Below, in pieces: positions 1 through 10,157 of a stretch of DNA of 64,000 nt. Under the pieces are notes generated by a model. The model was given only the letters and a program-made list of their open reading frames with translations. It did no database searches and was not told the DNA's origin. The DNA comes from Myxococcota bacterium (GTDB lineage: Bacteria > Myxococcota_A > UBA9042 > PHBI01 > JBMYRH01). The DNA is taken from contig JBMYRH010000003.1 of NCBI GenBank assembly GCA_049602155.1, positions 301,871-365,870 of the forward strand, read 5' to 3'. The translations under genes and the position numbers were made by a program. Position 1 is the stretch's first letter, and every line of letters begins with the position of its first letter.

Positions 1-225
1 CCCGTCGACCTGATCTTTCATCAAGCTGATCAGAGGGGAGACCACCAAGGCGACCCCAGAGGCCTGGAGCGCAGGGAGCTGGAAGCACAGCGACTTCCCC
101 GCACCGGTGGGCATCACCGCCACAGTCGGTCGGCCACGGAGGATCGACTCGACCACGGGCCGCTGCCCAGGTCGGAAGTCGTCAAAGCCGAAGTGCTCAG
201 AGAGCGCGCTGCGCATAGCATCCAT
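1..225 (-). CDS. recQ: ATP-dependent DNA helicase, RecQ family, N-terminal fragment (gene continues beyond window start)
   Basis: Reverse translation of 225..1 is open: [80 protein letters not shown], Walker-[16 protein letters not shown] and [11 protein letters not shown] are the hallmark RecQ N-terminal motifs. It is missing from the ORF track because it is cut by the window edge. Confidence 0.8.
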   Translation of the reverse strand, partial: MDAMRSALSEHFGFDDFRPGQRPVVESILRGRPTVAVMPTGAGKSLCFQLPALQASGVALVVSPLISLMKDQVDG

Positions 226-377
226 CTCCAGCAGCCATACCGCAGCCGATCCGCGCGAACAACCCACAGGTGAGGGCCGCCGATAAAGAGGGCCTCTGCG
301 CGCGATTCAACGCCGCCACCACCCGCGTTGATGGGGCGGAGTCTGGCGAGTACCGCCAGCCGTGATACAACCGTCCC

Positions 378-1898
378 ATGTCGCCACATGGTTCCGCTCT
401 CTTCGACCACCTGCACCGCGCCTTCCACCAAGAGGAGAGCCGGGCCTATCAGATGACCGAGCGGGTGGTGTGGGTCTTCATCGTGGCCTCCATCCTCCTT
501 TTTATCGTCGAGCTTCAGCTCCCGGAGTCCAACCCGACCCGCGCCACACTCCAAACCATCGATGGGTTCATGCTGCTCGGGTTTGTCCTTGAGCTCGTGC
601 TCAGGGTCGCGAGCTTTCATCCCCCTGAGCTGAACCTCTTCCACATGGGCCACGCCCGGCGCCTCCGTATCCACGTCACCGGTCGGCTTCGCTTCCTCCT
701 GCGCCCGCTGCAGCTGGCCGACTTGCTGACGGTGTTGGCGCTCGTCCCCGCCCTCCGAGGTCTCCGCGCCATTCGGCTTCTGAGGCTGCTCCGGAGCGGC
801 GGCATCTTCCGATACAGTCACCCCCTCCGTGGCATCTCACGAGCCTTCCAAGAGAACGTCCTGCTCTACGCGGTGGGCTTTGGGCTCTTGACGACAGCGA
901 CCATCGTCGGCGGCCTCTCCATCTACCTCGTCGAGGTCCGGGCGAACCCGGACATCGCCACCATCGGGGACGGCATCTGGTGGGCGATCGTCACCCTCAC
1001 GACGGTGGGCTTTGGCGACATCACCCCGGTCACGAGCCTCGGCCGTGTCGTCGGGGGCACGCTGATGGTGGCGGGGATGTTTACCCTCGCGCTCTTTGCG
1101 GGCATCGTCGGCAACACTCTGTTAAACGTCGTCCTAAGCATTCGAGAGGAGCAGGTTCGGATGAGCGGCTATTACGACCACGTAGTGATCTGCGGATATG
1201 ACTCACGCAGCCAGATGCTCCTCGACGCTATCGTGGAGGAGTTCGACACAAACGAACGCCAAGTCGTTATCTTCGCGCCGCGATCGCGCCCCCCCGAGGT
1301 GCCGCCACACTTCACCTGGATACAGGGCGACCCCACCAAGGAGAGCGAGCTCGACAAGGTCCGACTGACACACGCGCGATGTGCGCTCGTCGTGGGGTCA
1401 CGCGATGTGCCGCCGAGCGACGCGGACGCTCGCACTATTCTGACGGTCTTCACGGCGCGCTCTTACCTCAGTGAGCGGCCATTGGTCAGCGACCGAAAGA
1501 AGCCTGTTTATATCGTCACCGAGATCTTGGACGCCGAGAACGTCGACCACGCTCGCACGGCCGGCGCGGATGAGGTCATCGAGACCACGCGGCTTGGCTT
1601 CTCGCTCCTGGCCCACACCGTCGACCAGCCCGGGACTGCCGCGCTGGTCAGCCGAGTCGGCGTGAAGGGCTGGCAGAACATCTACGTCGGCGCCTTGCCA
1701 CAGGACGTGAACGTCCCAGCGACCTTCCAGACCGTCTCGGCGCAGGTCAAGAGCGCCACAGGGGCGCTCTTAATCGGAATCCGCCCACGTGACGGTGGCG
1801 ACATCCTCAACCCCCCGGACGACACTCAGGTCGTCCAAGGGAGCCAAGTCGTCTACCTCGCGAGTAAACCTGTGCTCGAAACGCGGGGAGACGAATGA
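378..1898 (+). CDS. Potassium channel with S4-like Arg-rich segment and C-terminal RCK/TrkA-N domain
   Basis: TLTTVGFGDITP K+ selectivity filter. Several TM helices and an Arg-periodic segment (LRGLRAIRLLRLLRSG). A Rossmann-like VVICGYDSRS region follows the pore. Divergent from recQ. Confidence 0.85.
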   Translation: MSPHGSALFDHLHRAFHQEESRAYQMTERVVWVFIVASILLFIVELQLPESNPTRATLQTIDGFMLLGFVLELVLRVASFHPPELNLFHMGHARRLRIHVTGRLRFLLRPLQLADLLTVLALVPALRGLRAIRLLRLLRSGGIFRYSHPLRGISRAFQENVLLYAVGFGLLTTATIVGGLSIYLVEVRANPDIATIGDGIWWAIVTLTTVGFGDITPVTSLGRVVGGTLMVAGMFTLALFAGIVGNTLLNVVLSIREEQVRMSGYYDHVVICGYDSRSQMLLDAIVEEFDTNERQVVIFAPRSRPPEVPPHFTWIQGDPTKESELDKVRLTHARCALVVGSRDVPPSDADARTILTVFTARSYLSERPLVSDRKKPVYIVTEILDAENVDHARTAGADEVIETTRLGFSLLAHTVDQPGTAALVSRVGVKGWQNIYVGALPQDVNVPATFQTVSAQVKSATGALLIGIRPRDGGDILNPPDDTQVVQGSQVVYLASKPVLETRGDE

Positions 1899-2656
1899 CA
1901 GAGAGCGCGCTCTACAACGGCGTCTTTTGGGGATGGCTCGGCATGTCGGCCGTCGTCTTCTGTCTCCTCTTCTTCGTGTCGGCGCCCTACGGGCGTATGG
2001 CGCGTCAAGGGTGGGGACCTCAGATCCCGACCCGCATGGCTTGGTTGGTGATGGAGCTCCCCGCGGTCGTGACCATCTTAGTCGTCTGGTACTTGGCCGG
2101 ATCGCCCACCGATCTCGGTGGCCTCTGCCTGCTCGGGATGTGGGAGGCGCACTACATCAACCGGACCTTCATCTACCCATTCCGCACACGCACCAAGGGC
2201 AAGCAGACCCCCCTGGTCATCGCGGTGATGGGGGGCACCACGAACGTCGGGGTCGGCTACTTGGTGGGCTACGGGATCTTCACCCTTGGGCCCCCTTTGG
2301 GCGCAGAGTGGCTCGCCGATCCGCGCTTCATCGTCGGCGCCACGATCTTCGGGCTCGGGATGCTCATCAACATCCAAAGCGACAACATCTTGCTCGGTCT
2401 GCGAAAAGAGGGCGACACGGGCTATCATATCCCTCGCGGTGGTGGGTATCGGTGGGTGTCCTGCCCCAACTACTTGGGGGAGATCCTCGAGTGGATTGGC
2501 TTCGCGATCGCCTCCTGGTCCCTCGGCGGCCTCGCCTTCGCGGTCTGGACCATGTCCAACCTCGTCCCGCGCGCACTCTCGAGTCACGGGTGGTATCATC
2601 GCACCTTCGACGACTACCCCGCAGAGCGTAAAGCCGTCCTCCCATTCCTACTGTGA
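1895..2656 (+). CDS. 3-oxo-5-alpha-steroid 4-dehydrogenase (steroid 5-alpha-reductase) family membrane protein
   Basis: Polytopic membrane protein with the family C-terminal signature YHIPRGGGYRWVSCPNYLGEILEWIGFAIASWS...HGWYHRTF. ATGA start/stop overlap with the channel gene. Confidence 0.8.
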   Translation: MTESALYNGVFWGWLGMSAVVFCLLFFVSAPYGRMARQGWGPQIPTRMAWLVMELPAVVTILVVWYLAGSPTDLGGLCLLGMWEAHYINRTFIYPFRTRTKGKQTPLVIAVMGGTTNVGVGYLVGYGIFTLGPPLGAEWLADPRFIVGATIFGLGMLINIQSDNILLGLRKEGDTGYHIPRGGGYRWVSCPNYLGEILEWIGFAIASWSLGGLAFAVWTMSNLVPRALSSHGWYHRTFDDYPAERKAVLPFLL

Positions 2657-2720
2657 GCTTGCGCCTGCTCCCCGTTGTGGGGTGACATGGCCCCCACAGC
2701 AACTCCGGCCCGAACCTCCC

Positions 2721-4181
2721 ATGTTTCAGATCGACCGCGCGCTGACCCTTACGATCGCCTTTCACCCGGACACCAGTCGGGTCGGTGAGCAGTGCATCCT
2801 GAGGCACGCCATGCAGGGCGAGCCCATCTCCCTCAACCGCAACGCGCCCAGCTTTGCGCAGCACGGCGACATGCCGATGCCCCTTGAGGACTCCCACATC
2901 AGCCGCTCGCCCGTGCTCCTGCGCTTAGAGGAAGAAGACCTCGTCATCGACCCAACGCAGACCAGCACCGAGGTCGTCCTGAACAGCGAGTGGCTCCGTG
3001 AGGAGACGCGAATCCCCCGATGGAAAGTCAACCGGGGCCTCACCTTAAAGCTCGCGGATCGCGTCATGATCTGTGTGCACTTCTCCCAGCCCGGGCGTGG
3101 GAACTCCGCCGCTCGTGGACTCATCGGCCACGGCGACGCCATCGACGAGGTCCGCGAGCTGATCGGGGACCTCGCGGCGGACGACGATCCCGCCCTGCTG
3201 GTCGGTGAATACGGGGTTGGGAAGCGCCGCGTCGCAAAAGCCATCCATGACGCCAGCAGCCGCGGTGGACGCGCCTTTGAGGTCCTCGATCTGGCGGCGA
3301 TCCCCCCTGAGCATGTCAAACAGGCCCTCCGCGGCGACGACGGCGTGCTCCTCCGAGCCGACGGAGGGACCCTCTTCATCGAGGGGCTGTCCGAGGTCGA
3401 TGACGACGTTCAGCGGATGTTCGTCACCCTCGTTCAGAAGGGCCACATGCTTGACGTCGCCGGTCAGGAGCGGGCCATCGACGTCCGCTTATTGGTGGGC
3501 TCCGGGCGAGAGCTCGAGCACGCCGTCGCCGAAGATCATCTGCGGAGTGAGTTCATCGCGCTCTTCGCCATGTCCCTCCACATCCCCCCCTTGCGGCATC
3601 GCATCGAGGACATCGCCCCGCTCTTCCTCCACTTCTTGAAGCAGTCCCTCCGCGAAAAGGGACAGGTGATGCTGCTACAAGATGGCGGACCAGGGCGCCC
3701 CCTGTGGCTGCCCCCAGACTTCGTGGGGCGTCTGCTCAGACATCAATGGCCGGGCAACGGCAACCAGCTCGCCGCGGTCGCCGATGCAGTCGCCGATACC
3801 TGCGGCCAAGGCTACACGGTGCGCGTCACCAAGGACGTCGAGCGCTACCTCGACGATGCCGCGACCTTTGACCACGGCCTCGGGCTCGGGATGCCAGCGA
3901 CGGGCCACGTGGCCCCCTCAGACATCACCGACCAGGACCTGCTGGGTGCCCTGAAGGCCTACCGCTGGAACGCCACTGCGACCGCGACGCACCTCGGCAC
4001 CTCCGTGCGCGCCGTGAACGACTTGATGGACGCCTCCCCGATGTTCAAGACCCCGGACCGCCTCTCCGAGGCTGCTATCCAGGGCGCTATGCGCCAATTC
4101 GGGGGCGACATCACCCTCGCCTCAGAGCAGCTCCAGGTCTCTATTCGCGGCCTTCAGCGCCGCCTCTGGAGCGGCGCTTAG
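2721..4181 (+). CDS. FHA-like / degenerate sigma54-interaction (AAA+) / Fis-type HTH transcriptional regulator
   Basis: Start taken at ATG 2721 because the track ORF from 2286 overlaps the previous gene. EBP-like core: LLVGEYGVGKRRVAKAIH (Walker A variant), GGTLFIEGLSEV (Walker B position), RLLVGSGRELE, FAMSLHIPPLRHRIEDIAPLFLHFL. HTH: ALKAYRWNATATATHLGTSVRAVNDLM. Confidence 0.65.
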   Translation: MFQIDRALTLTIAFHPDTSRVGEQCILRHAMQGEPISLNRNAPSFAQHGDMPMPLEDSHISRSPVLLRLEEEDLVIDPTQTSTEVVLNSEWLREETRIPRWKVNRGLTLKLADRVMICVHFSQPGRGNSAARGLIGHGDAIDEVRELIGDLAADDDPALLVGEYGVGKRRVAKAIHDASSRGGRAFEVLDLAAIPPEHVKQALRGDDGVLLRADGGTLFIEGLSEVDDDVQRMFVTLVQKGHMLDVAGQERAIDVRLLVGSGRELEHAVAEDHLRSEFIALFAMSLHIPPLRHRIEDIAPLFLHFLKQSLREKGQVMLLQDGGPGRPLWLPPDFVGRLLRHQWPGNGNQLAAVADAVADTCGQGYTVRVTKDVERYLDDAATFDHGLGLGMPATGHVAPSDITDQDLLGALKAYRWNATATATHLGTSVRAVNDLMDASPMFKTPDRLSEAAIQGAMRQFGGDITLASEQLQVSIRGLQRRLWSGA

Positions 4182-4186
4182 AGCGC

Positions 4187-4762
4187 TCAGCGCGACCTGA
4201 ACCAGTCGTCTTCCTCAGGGTCTGCCGGGCCGTAGCTCGCCTCGAGGGTGTGAAGGGCACCGTCGTGATGGAGTTGGCTGGAGTAGAGGTGAAAGCTCTC
4301 TACCAAGAAGGGCTCAGAGCGATAGAGCGCATGACCGGCTAGGAAGCGCTGGAGCCGCTGGATCGGTGCGCCATAAGGGAACCTGGCCACTGTCACGTGA
4401 GGGCTGAACTTGCGGCGCTCGGGCTGCACCCCCGCAGCGTTGACCACGCGGTCCACAGCGCGACGCAAGGGTTCGATGGGGTCGGTCGGCGTCACCCCGG
4501 CCCAGAGCACCTTGGGCTCCCCACGCGGAGGGAAATGCCCGAACCCCTGCAGGCGCAGCGTGAAGGGCTCGAAGTCGACCTCCGCGAGCCCCGCCTCGAT
4601 GTCGCGATAGACAAGGCCGTCCACCTCACCAATGAAGCGGAGCGTCAGGTGGTACTGTTCGGGGTCGTTCCAGCGGGCGCCGGGGAGCCCCACACAGATC
4701 CGCTCGAGGCTTTCTGTGACCTCCTCTGGCAGATCGATGGCGACGAAGAGTCGCTGGTTCAT
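4187..4762 (-). CDS. thpR: RNA 2',3'-cyclic phosphodiesterase (2H phosphoesterase, LigT/ThpR)
   Basis: Two HxT motifs at the canonical spacing (YHLTLRFIGE and PHVTVARF). About 190 aa, typical for the family. Confidence 0.85.
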   Translation of the reverse strand: MNQRLFVAIDLPEEVTESLERICVGLPGARWNDPEQYHLTLRFIGEVDGLVYRDIEAGLAEVDFEPFTLRLQGFGHFPPRGEPKVLWAGVTPTDPIEPLRRAVDRVVNAAGVQPERRKFSPHVTVARFPYGAPIQRLQRFLAGHALYRSEPFLVESFHLYSSQLHHDGALHTLEASYGPADPEEDDWFRSR

Positions 4763-4805
4763 GACGTCCCCTCTGCGTGGCCCTCAGACCTCGCAAGCTC
4801 TGGGC

Positions 4806-5765
4806 TCATCTGACAGACTCGTACCAAGCCACAGTCTCACGGATGCCCTCCACGAAGGGAATGCGCGCCTCCCACCCGAAGAGCGCCTTCGCCCGCGAGG
4901 TGTCCAAGCAACGGCGTGGTTGCCCATTCGGCTTGTCTGTCAACCACTTGAGTTCACCCTCAAACCCGGTCTCACGCTTGATGAGCTCGACCAGGTCCAG
5001 GATGGTGATCTCAGCCCCGGTGCCCAAGTTCACAGGCTCAGGCCCATTGAAGCGCTCCGTCGCGGTCAAGATCCCCTCCGCAGCGTCACGCGCGTGGAGG
5101 AACTCGCGGCTCGGGCTGCCGTCTCCCCAGACCTCTACGTGGTCCGCCTTCGCATCACGCGCCTCGAGGCACTTCCGGACGAGCGCCGGGATGACGTGCG
5201 AGGTCTCGAGATCGAAGTTGTCGTTGGGGCCGTAGAGGTTGACCGGCAACAAGTAGATCGCGTTAAGACCGTACTGCTGACGGTAGGCTTGCCCTTGAAC
5301 CAAGAGCGCCTTCTTGGCCACGCCATAAGGGGCGTTGGTCTCCTCAGGGTACCCATCCCAGAGGTTGTCCTCGAGGAAGGGCACGGGGGTAAACTTGGGG
5401 TACGCGCAGATGGTCCCGAGGGTGACGAACTTCTCGACCCCGTACTGCCGGGCCTGCTCCATGAGCTCGATGCCCATGATCATGTTGTCGTAGAAGAACT
5501 TCCCAGGGTTCACCCGGTTCGCGCCGATGCCCCCGACCACTGCGGCCATGTGGATGACGATGTCCGGGCGCGCGATGTCGAACATGCGCTGGATGGCGGC
5601 GCGATCTCTCAGGTCGAACTCGGCCGAGCGAGGCACAAAGACGTGCTCAGCCCCGCGTGCGCGCAAGCCCTCCTGGACGAAGCTCCCGAGGAATCCAGCG
5701 CCGCCAGTCACGACGATTCGGCGCGTCGAGAGATCGAGGCTCTCGGCTTGAGTCGACTCAGTCAT
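4806..5765 (-). CDS. fcl: GDP-L-fucose synthase (GDP-4-keto-6-deoxy-D-mannose epimerase/reductase)
   Basis: SDR Rossmann [19 protein letters not shown] catalytic YxxxK. Fcl-like [15 protein letters not shown]. Overlaps the gmd stop by 8 nt, the classic gmd-fcl pair. Confidence 0.9.
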   Translation of the reverse strand: MTESTQAESLDLSTRRIVVTGGAGFLGSFVQEGLRARGAEHVFVPRSAEFDLRDRAAIQRMFDIARPDIVIHMAAVVGGIGANRVNPGKFFYDNMIMGIELMEQARQYGVEKFVTLGTICAYPKFTPVPFLEDNLWDGYPEETNAPYGVAKKALLVQGQAYRQQYGLNAIYLLPVNLYGPNDNFDLETSHVIPALVRKCLEARDAKADHVEVWGDGSPSREFLHARDAAEGILTATERFNGPEPVNLGTGAEITILDLVELIKRETGFEGELKWLTDKPNGQPRRCLDTSRAKALFGWEARIPFVEGIRETVAWYESVR

Positions 5766-6846
5766 CGTCTTGCTCTCCCACCTGAAATCCAGCTTCTCGT
5801 AGTGTCACGTCGCGGCGCACAAGCTCCAGGTCCGCGTCGACCATGATCTCAACGAGCTCCTTAAAGGTGACCTTCGGCTCCCAGCCAAAGACTTCTCGCG
5901 ACTTGGTCGGGTCGCCGAGCAAGAGCTCGACCTCCGTCGGTCGGAAGTAGCGCGGGTCGACCTCGATTAACAGCCGACCGTCAGGCGCATAGCCACGTTC
6001 GTCAGCCCCCTCGCCTTCCCAGCGCAGGGGTAGGCCCACGCGGTCAAAGGCGCGCTCACAGAACTCGCGCACCGTGTGCATCTCTCCAGTCGCGGCGACG
6101 TAATCGTCCGGGGTGTCTTGCTGCAAGATCTGCCACATGGCCTCGACGTACTCCGGCGCGTAACCCCAGTCGCGCTGAGCACTCAGGTTACCCAAGTACA
6201 GGCGCTCCTGGAGGCCCAACGAGATGCGCGCGGCAGCGTGGGTGATCTTGCGGGTCACAAAGGTGCGACCGCGGCGGGGGCTCTCGTGGTTGAAGAGGAT
6301 GCCGTTGCACGCAAAGAGCCCATAGGCCTCGCGGTAGTTCACGACGAGCCAGTACGCGTACATCTTGGCGACGGCGTAGGGGCTCCGCGGATAAAATGGT
6401 GTCGTCTCACGCTGTGGGGTCTCTTGAACCTTTCCAAACAGCTCGCTCGTCGAGGCTTGATAAAAGCGGGTGTCGACCCCGGTCTCTTTGATGGCGTCCA
6501 AAAGGCGCAACGTACCCAAGCCGTCCACCTGGGCGGTGTACTCGGGGACCTGAAACGAGACGGCGACGTGGCTCTGAGCGCCGAGGTTGTAGATCTCTGA
6601 GGGGGCGATCTTCTCCACCAGCCGTGAGAGGTTCGATGAGTCCGTCAGATCACCGTAGTGAAGCTTCAGTTGCTGATCGGGGACGTGGGGATCTTGGTAG
6701 ATGTGGTCCAACCTCGCCGTATTAAACGAGCTCGAGCGTCGAATGATCCCATGGACCTCGTACCCCTTGGCGAGCAAAAACTCCGCCAGGTACGACCCGT
6801 CTTGTCCTGTGATGCCTGTGATGAGCGCCGTCTTGCGGTCCGTCAC
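5758..6846 (-). CDS. gmd: GDP-mannose 4,6-dehydratase
   Basis: [55 protein letters not shown] and [12 protein letters not shown] are canonical Gmd motifs. Confidence 0.95.
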   Translation of the reverse strand: MTDRKTALITGITGQDGSYLAEFLLAKGYEVHGIIRRSSSFNTARLDHIYQDPHVPDQQLKLHYGDLTDSSNLSRLVEKIAPSEIYNLGAQSHVAVSFQVPEYTAQVDGLGTLRLLDAIKETGVDTRFYQASTSELFGKVQETPQRETTPFYPRSPYAVAKMYAYWLVVNYREAYGLFACNGILFNHESPRRGRTFVTRKITHAAARISLGLQERLYLGNLSAQRDWGYAPEYVEAMWQILQQDTPDDYVAATGEMHTVREFCERAFDRVGLPLRWEGEGADERGYAPDGRLLIEVDPRYFRPTEVELLLGDPTKSREVFGWEPKVTFKELVEIMVDADLELVRRDVTLREAGFQVGEQDDD

Positions 6847-7299
6847 GTCTGTCCTCCCAGTCCTCAGGTCTTGGCTCCGACATCACGTCGGACCTTAGGC
6901 TCTCGGTTGTTCCATCCGATGGCTCTGATCAGCCCATCGGTCAGCCCACGCCGAGGTGGCGCCTCAATAGCAGGCGTGTGGGCGGGTCGCAACCATCCTG
7001 AGCGGGTGACGGACCTCGGAATCTCGACTCTGAACCTGGCGTCGCACAGCCTATCGAACTCAGATTGCCCGCGGCGCCCCCTCTGACCACATCGCACGTC
7101 GGCGGAGCGGCCTGCCACGCCATCGATGACGATCGGCGCGCAACCGAAACGCCGACTAAGCGCCCATCCTGTCCATGACGCTTGCAGCGGGCTCCCCGAG
7201 TAGTGAGACTCCCCCACCACAAGCTCACTGCCCGCTCCGCGACGACGGCGCTCCGGACGGCCCGCTAAGAGTGCACCTGGACCATGACGAGGAGCCCCC

Positions 7300-8145
7300 A
7301 TGTCATCCCCGCCTTCAGCCGCAACGCGTGAGCCTGGGCAGGAACGCCCCCTCTTTGACCACGTGCTCACCGATGAAGAACTCGCTTCATGGCGCCGTGA
7401 CCATCGCCTAGTGCTCCGGGGCGCCTGCGACGGAGACGCATTGGCGCACATCCGAACCTGGACCGACGAACTGGCGAGCTGGCCAGAGACCCCCGGAAAG
7501 TGGATGGCCTACTACGAGCGCCACGCTCAAGACGACACTCGGATGCTCTGCCGCATCGAGAATTTCATCCCGTACCACGCGGGATATAAGGACCTAATCC
7601 AGGGGCCAGCGTTGATGACCTTGCTCAGCGCTTTGATGGGCGAAGAGGCGGTCCTCTTTAAAGAGAAGATCAACTTCAAGCTCCCGGGTGGGGCGGGCTT
7701 CGCTCCCCACCAGGACGCCCCTGCCTTCGCCTCATTCGGCCACCGCTATCACATCACCATGATGGTCGCGATCGACGACGCGACCACGCAGAACGGCTGC
7801 CTCGAGTTCGCGCCACCCACCGGGGTCGGTGAGCTCCTGACCCCCGCGGCGGATGGCACCATCGACCCCGATGTCGTCGCCTCAATGCCGTGGGCGCCCC
7901 TTGAGACCAAGGCCGGTGACGTCGTCTTCTTCGACTCCTACATCCCCCATCGCTCCCCGGGGAACAGCAGCGACGCGGCACGGCGCGCCACCTATGTGAC
8001 CTACAATCGCTTGGCCGAAGGGGACGTTCGGACGGCCTATTTCGAGAAGAAGAGGGCGGCATTTCCCCCGGAGTGTGAGCGGGTCGAGGGGGTCGACTAC
8101 TCGCAGAGTGGTGGGACCTTCAACCTAGGGAACCCTATCCGCTGA
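7300..8145 (+). CDS. Phytanoyl-CoA dioxygenase (PhyH) family Fe(II)/2-oxoglutarate oxygenase
   Basis: HQDAPAF (HxD iron ligands) with distal YIPHRSPGNSS and RRATYVTY (2OG-binding Arg region), in PhyH-like order. Confidence 0.75.
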   Translation: MSSPPSAATREPGQERPLFDHVLTDEELASWRRDHRLVLRGACDGDALAHIRTWTDELASWPETPGKWMAYYERHAQDDTRMLCRIENFIPYHAGYKDLIQGPALMTLLSALMGEEAVLFKEKINFKLPGGAGFAPHQDAPAFASFGHRYHITMMVAIDDATTQNGCLEFAPPTGVGELLTPAADGTIDPDVVASMPWAPLETKAGDVVFFDSYIPHRSPGNSSDAARRATYVTYNRLAEGDVRTAYFEKKRAAFPPECERVEGVDYSQSGGTFNLGNPIR

Positions 8146-8149
8146 CGCA

Positions 8150-8168
8150 GGCCCGGCCCCCTCGGGCT
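8150..8168. terminator. Short GC hairpin between convergent genes (possible bidirectional terminator)
   Basis: gcccg-gccccct-cgggc (8151-8167) lies in the 22-nt gap between the PhyH stop and the FKBP stop. Weak: 5-bp stem and no U-tract. Confidence 0.3.
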
Positions 8169-8878
8169 CAACCCCCAATCACCTTCACGAGTTCCAAGTC
8201 AAAGACCAGCATGCCTGCGGGTCCCCCGGCTTGACCCTTATAGGCGAGGGCCTCTGGCACCCACACTCGGCGACGTTCACCAGCGACCATCCCCGAGAGG
8301 GCCTCTTGCCACCCGGGGATGACGCGGTCGAGGGGGAAGGCTGCCGGCCGCCCCCGCGCAATAGAGCTGTCGAATGCCCTCCCGTCGGTGGTCCATCCGC
8401 TGTAGTGCACCAAGACCCGGCTGCTGAGGTTGGGGCGCACGGTGCCTGTGCCGGTGGCTAACACCCGCCAAGCGAGGCCGCTCTCGGCCCTCTCGGCGGT
8501 CTTAGGCGGTGCGGCCACATCACTAGGGGCGTCAGGGAGCTTGGCTGTGTCGAGCCCACCCGCCATGCGCACGGCGCCTATCTCCGCCATGACTTGCTTG
8601 TAGGATAAAATCCGCCCATCGACCGTGTGACACTCTTTGCCTTGGCAGCGGGTGTAGCCGGGGGGTGGGTTGACCGGGTCAAAGACGACCTCTGGCCGTG
8701 CAGATTTGACCACCTCGCCCGCCCCAGCAGCAGCCCCTGTAACATCCTCAACAGCAGCCTGAGCGACGGCCGACGCTGTGGCCACCTCCGAGAGAGCGGC
8801 TGCCGGTGCCTCGAGGGGGGCCGGCGTACAGGCGATGATGGTGAGCGCCAGGACAGCGAGGTGCAGGCTAGAAGACAT
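8168..8878 (-). CDS. FKBP-type peptidyl-prolyl cis-trans isomerase, lipoprotein
   Basis: C-terminal FKBP domain VLVHYSGWTTDGRAFDSS...FPLDRVIPGWQEALSGMVAGERRRVWVP...LVFDLELVKV. Start placed at ATG 8878 (MSSSLHLAVLALTIIAC, lipobox). The track ORF extends to 9001. Confidence 0.85.
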   Translation of the reverse strand: MSSSLHLAVLALTIIACTPAPLEAPAAALSEVATASAVAQAAVEDVTGAAAGAGEVVKSARPEVVFDPVNPPPGYTRCQGKECHTVDGRILSYKQVMAEIGAVRMAGGLDTAKLPDAPSDVAAPPKTAERAESGLAWRVLATGTGTVRPNLSSRVLVHYSGWTTDGRAFDSSIARGRPAAFPLDRVIPGWQEALSGMVAGERRRVWVPEALAYKGQAGGPAGMLVFDLELVKVIGG

Positions 8879-8999
8879 CGTGGACCTCCAAAGCGACGCC
8901 GGTTCTAGCCCGGAGTCGCAGCGCGGTCCAGCCCTGCGCACAAACAGAACGCTAGGCATGACCTCCTGCGAACCGCTACCATCGAGCCCTGACAAGGGC

Positions 9000-10157
9000 A
9001 TGCCAGTGGACGAAGTAGGTCGACGGAAATTCTTGAAACGCGCTGCGGTGACCGCGGCTACCCTGAGCGGCTGTCATACGGCGGATGCCCGTGATCCAGG
9101 CGCTTCGGCCGCTCCCTCCCCTCCGATGCCCCCCAAGCAGGCGGACCCCGTGAACGTAACGACGCTCCCCCTCCGGATGCCTTGGCAGACCCAAGACCCC
9201 TTCCTCTTCTGTGTCCACCACCTGGACGCGTACCCGAAAGGCGACGCGCAGATGGGCCCAGTGGCATCGCTGGATGGGCGACAGATGGGCTCTGACTTCT
9301 CGGGTAAGGACGGCTGGTCGATGTATCATGGGCGCGTGGTGCCGGGCTTCCCCCGTCACCCCCACCGCGGCTTCGAGACGATCACGGTCACCCGCCAAGG
9401 CGTCATCGATCACTCTGACTCGCTGGGCGCGACCGCGCGCTACGGTGACGGTGATGTGCAGTGGATGACCGCCGGGGAGGGGATCGTCCACTCAGAGATG
9501 TTCCCCTTGTGCAAAGACAACGAAGATAACCCGACAGAACTCTTTCAGATCTGGATGAACCTGCCCGCGAAGAGCAAGTTCACGACGCCCTACTTCACGA
9601 TGTTCTGGAAAGACGCGGTGCCCGTGCACACGCTGAGCGACGCTGAGGGACGCCAGATCGTCGTCACGACCATCGCCGGGGTGCTCAACGGCGTCGCCCC
9701 ACCGAGCCCTCCACCAGAGTCATGGGCCTCTCAGACCTTAGCTGACACAGCCATCTGGACCATCGACATGGCCCCCGGGGCGACGTGGACCATCCCCCCG
9801 TCAGCCGAAGGGCTGACTCGGAGCCTCTACGTCTACCGCGGTGACACCCTTGATGTCGCCGGAACCCCCGTGACGCCCAACCACCGAGCCTCTGTGGACT
9901 CTCACCTAGCGGTCCCCCTGACGGCCGGCGCGGTGCCCTGTAAACTGTTGCTCTTGCAGGGGCGCCCCATCGGAGAACCGGTCGCCCAGCATGGCCCCTT
10001 CGTGATGAACACACGGGAGGAGATTCGGCAGGCATTTCAGGACTACCAGCGCACGGGCTTCGGGGGGTGGCCCTGGAAGCGAGATGACCCTGTGCACGAG
10101 AAGACGGAGGGGCGCTTTGCCCTTCACCCCGGTGGACGGCGCGAGACCCCCAGCTGA
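9000..10157 (+). CDS. Pirin family protein with twin-arginine (Tat) signal peptide
   Basis: Start at ATG 9000 gives MPVDEVGRRKFLKRAAVTAATLSGC (RRxFLK Tat motif). Pirin cupin motif HPHRGFETITVTRQGVIDHSDSLG...GDVQWMTAGEGIVHSEMF. Confidence 0.85.
   Translation: MPVDEVGRRKFLKRAAVTAATLSGCHTADARDPGASAAPSPPMPPKQADPVNVTTLPLRMPWQTQDPFLFCVHHLDAYPKGDAQMGPVASLDGRQMGSDFSGKDGWSMYHGRVVPGFPRHPHRGFETITVTRQGVIDHSDSLGATARYGDGDVQWMTAGEGIVHSEMFPLCKDNEDNPTELFQIWMNLPAKSKFTTPYFTMFWKDAVPVHTLSDAEGRQIVVTTIAGVLNGVAPPSPPPESWASQTLADTAIWTIDMAPGATWTIPPSAEGLTRSLYVYRGDTLDVAGTPVTPNHRASVDSHLAVPLTAGAVPCKLLLLQGRPIGEPVAQHGPFVMNTREEIRQAFQDYQRTGFGGWPWKRDDPVHEKTEGRFALHPGGRRETPS

Noticed and set aside
114-821. 235-aa - strand ORF overlapping the recQ start and the K+ channel gene
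   Set aside because: Its frame differs from the RecQ motif frame and it is antisense to the channel gene. This is a high-GC artefact.
2286-2720. Upstream 145-codon extension of the regulator ORF
   Set aside because: It overlaps the steroid-reductase-like gene in another frame and is Ser/Pro/Arg-rich. ATG 2721, 62 nt after that gene's stop, gives a sensible N-terminus.
4632-5846. 404-aa + strand ORF
   Set aside because: It lies fully antisense to fcl and the end of gmd, whose products carry unambiguous family motifs.
6864-7451. 195-aa - strand ORF in the gmd/PhyH divergent spacer, considered as a possible gene or ncRNA in the 450-bp gap
   Set aside because: The Arg/Ser/Gly-rich translation overlaps the PhyH start. 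I recognised no tRNA-like or riboswitch-like pattern, only a 7-bp hairpin (ccgatgg...ccatcgg near 6913-6941). It is most likely an untranslated promoter region.
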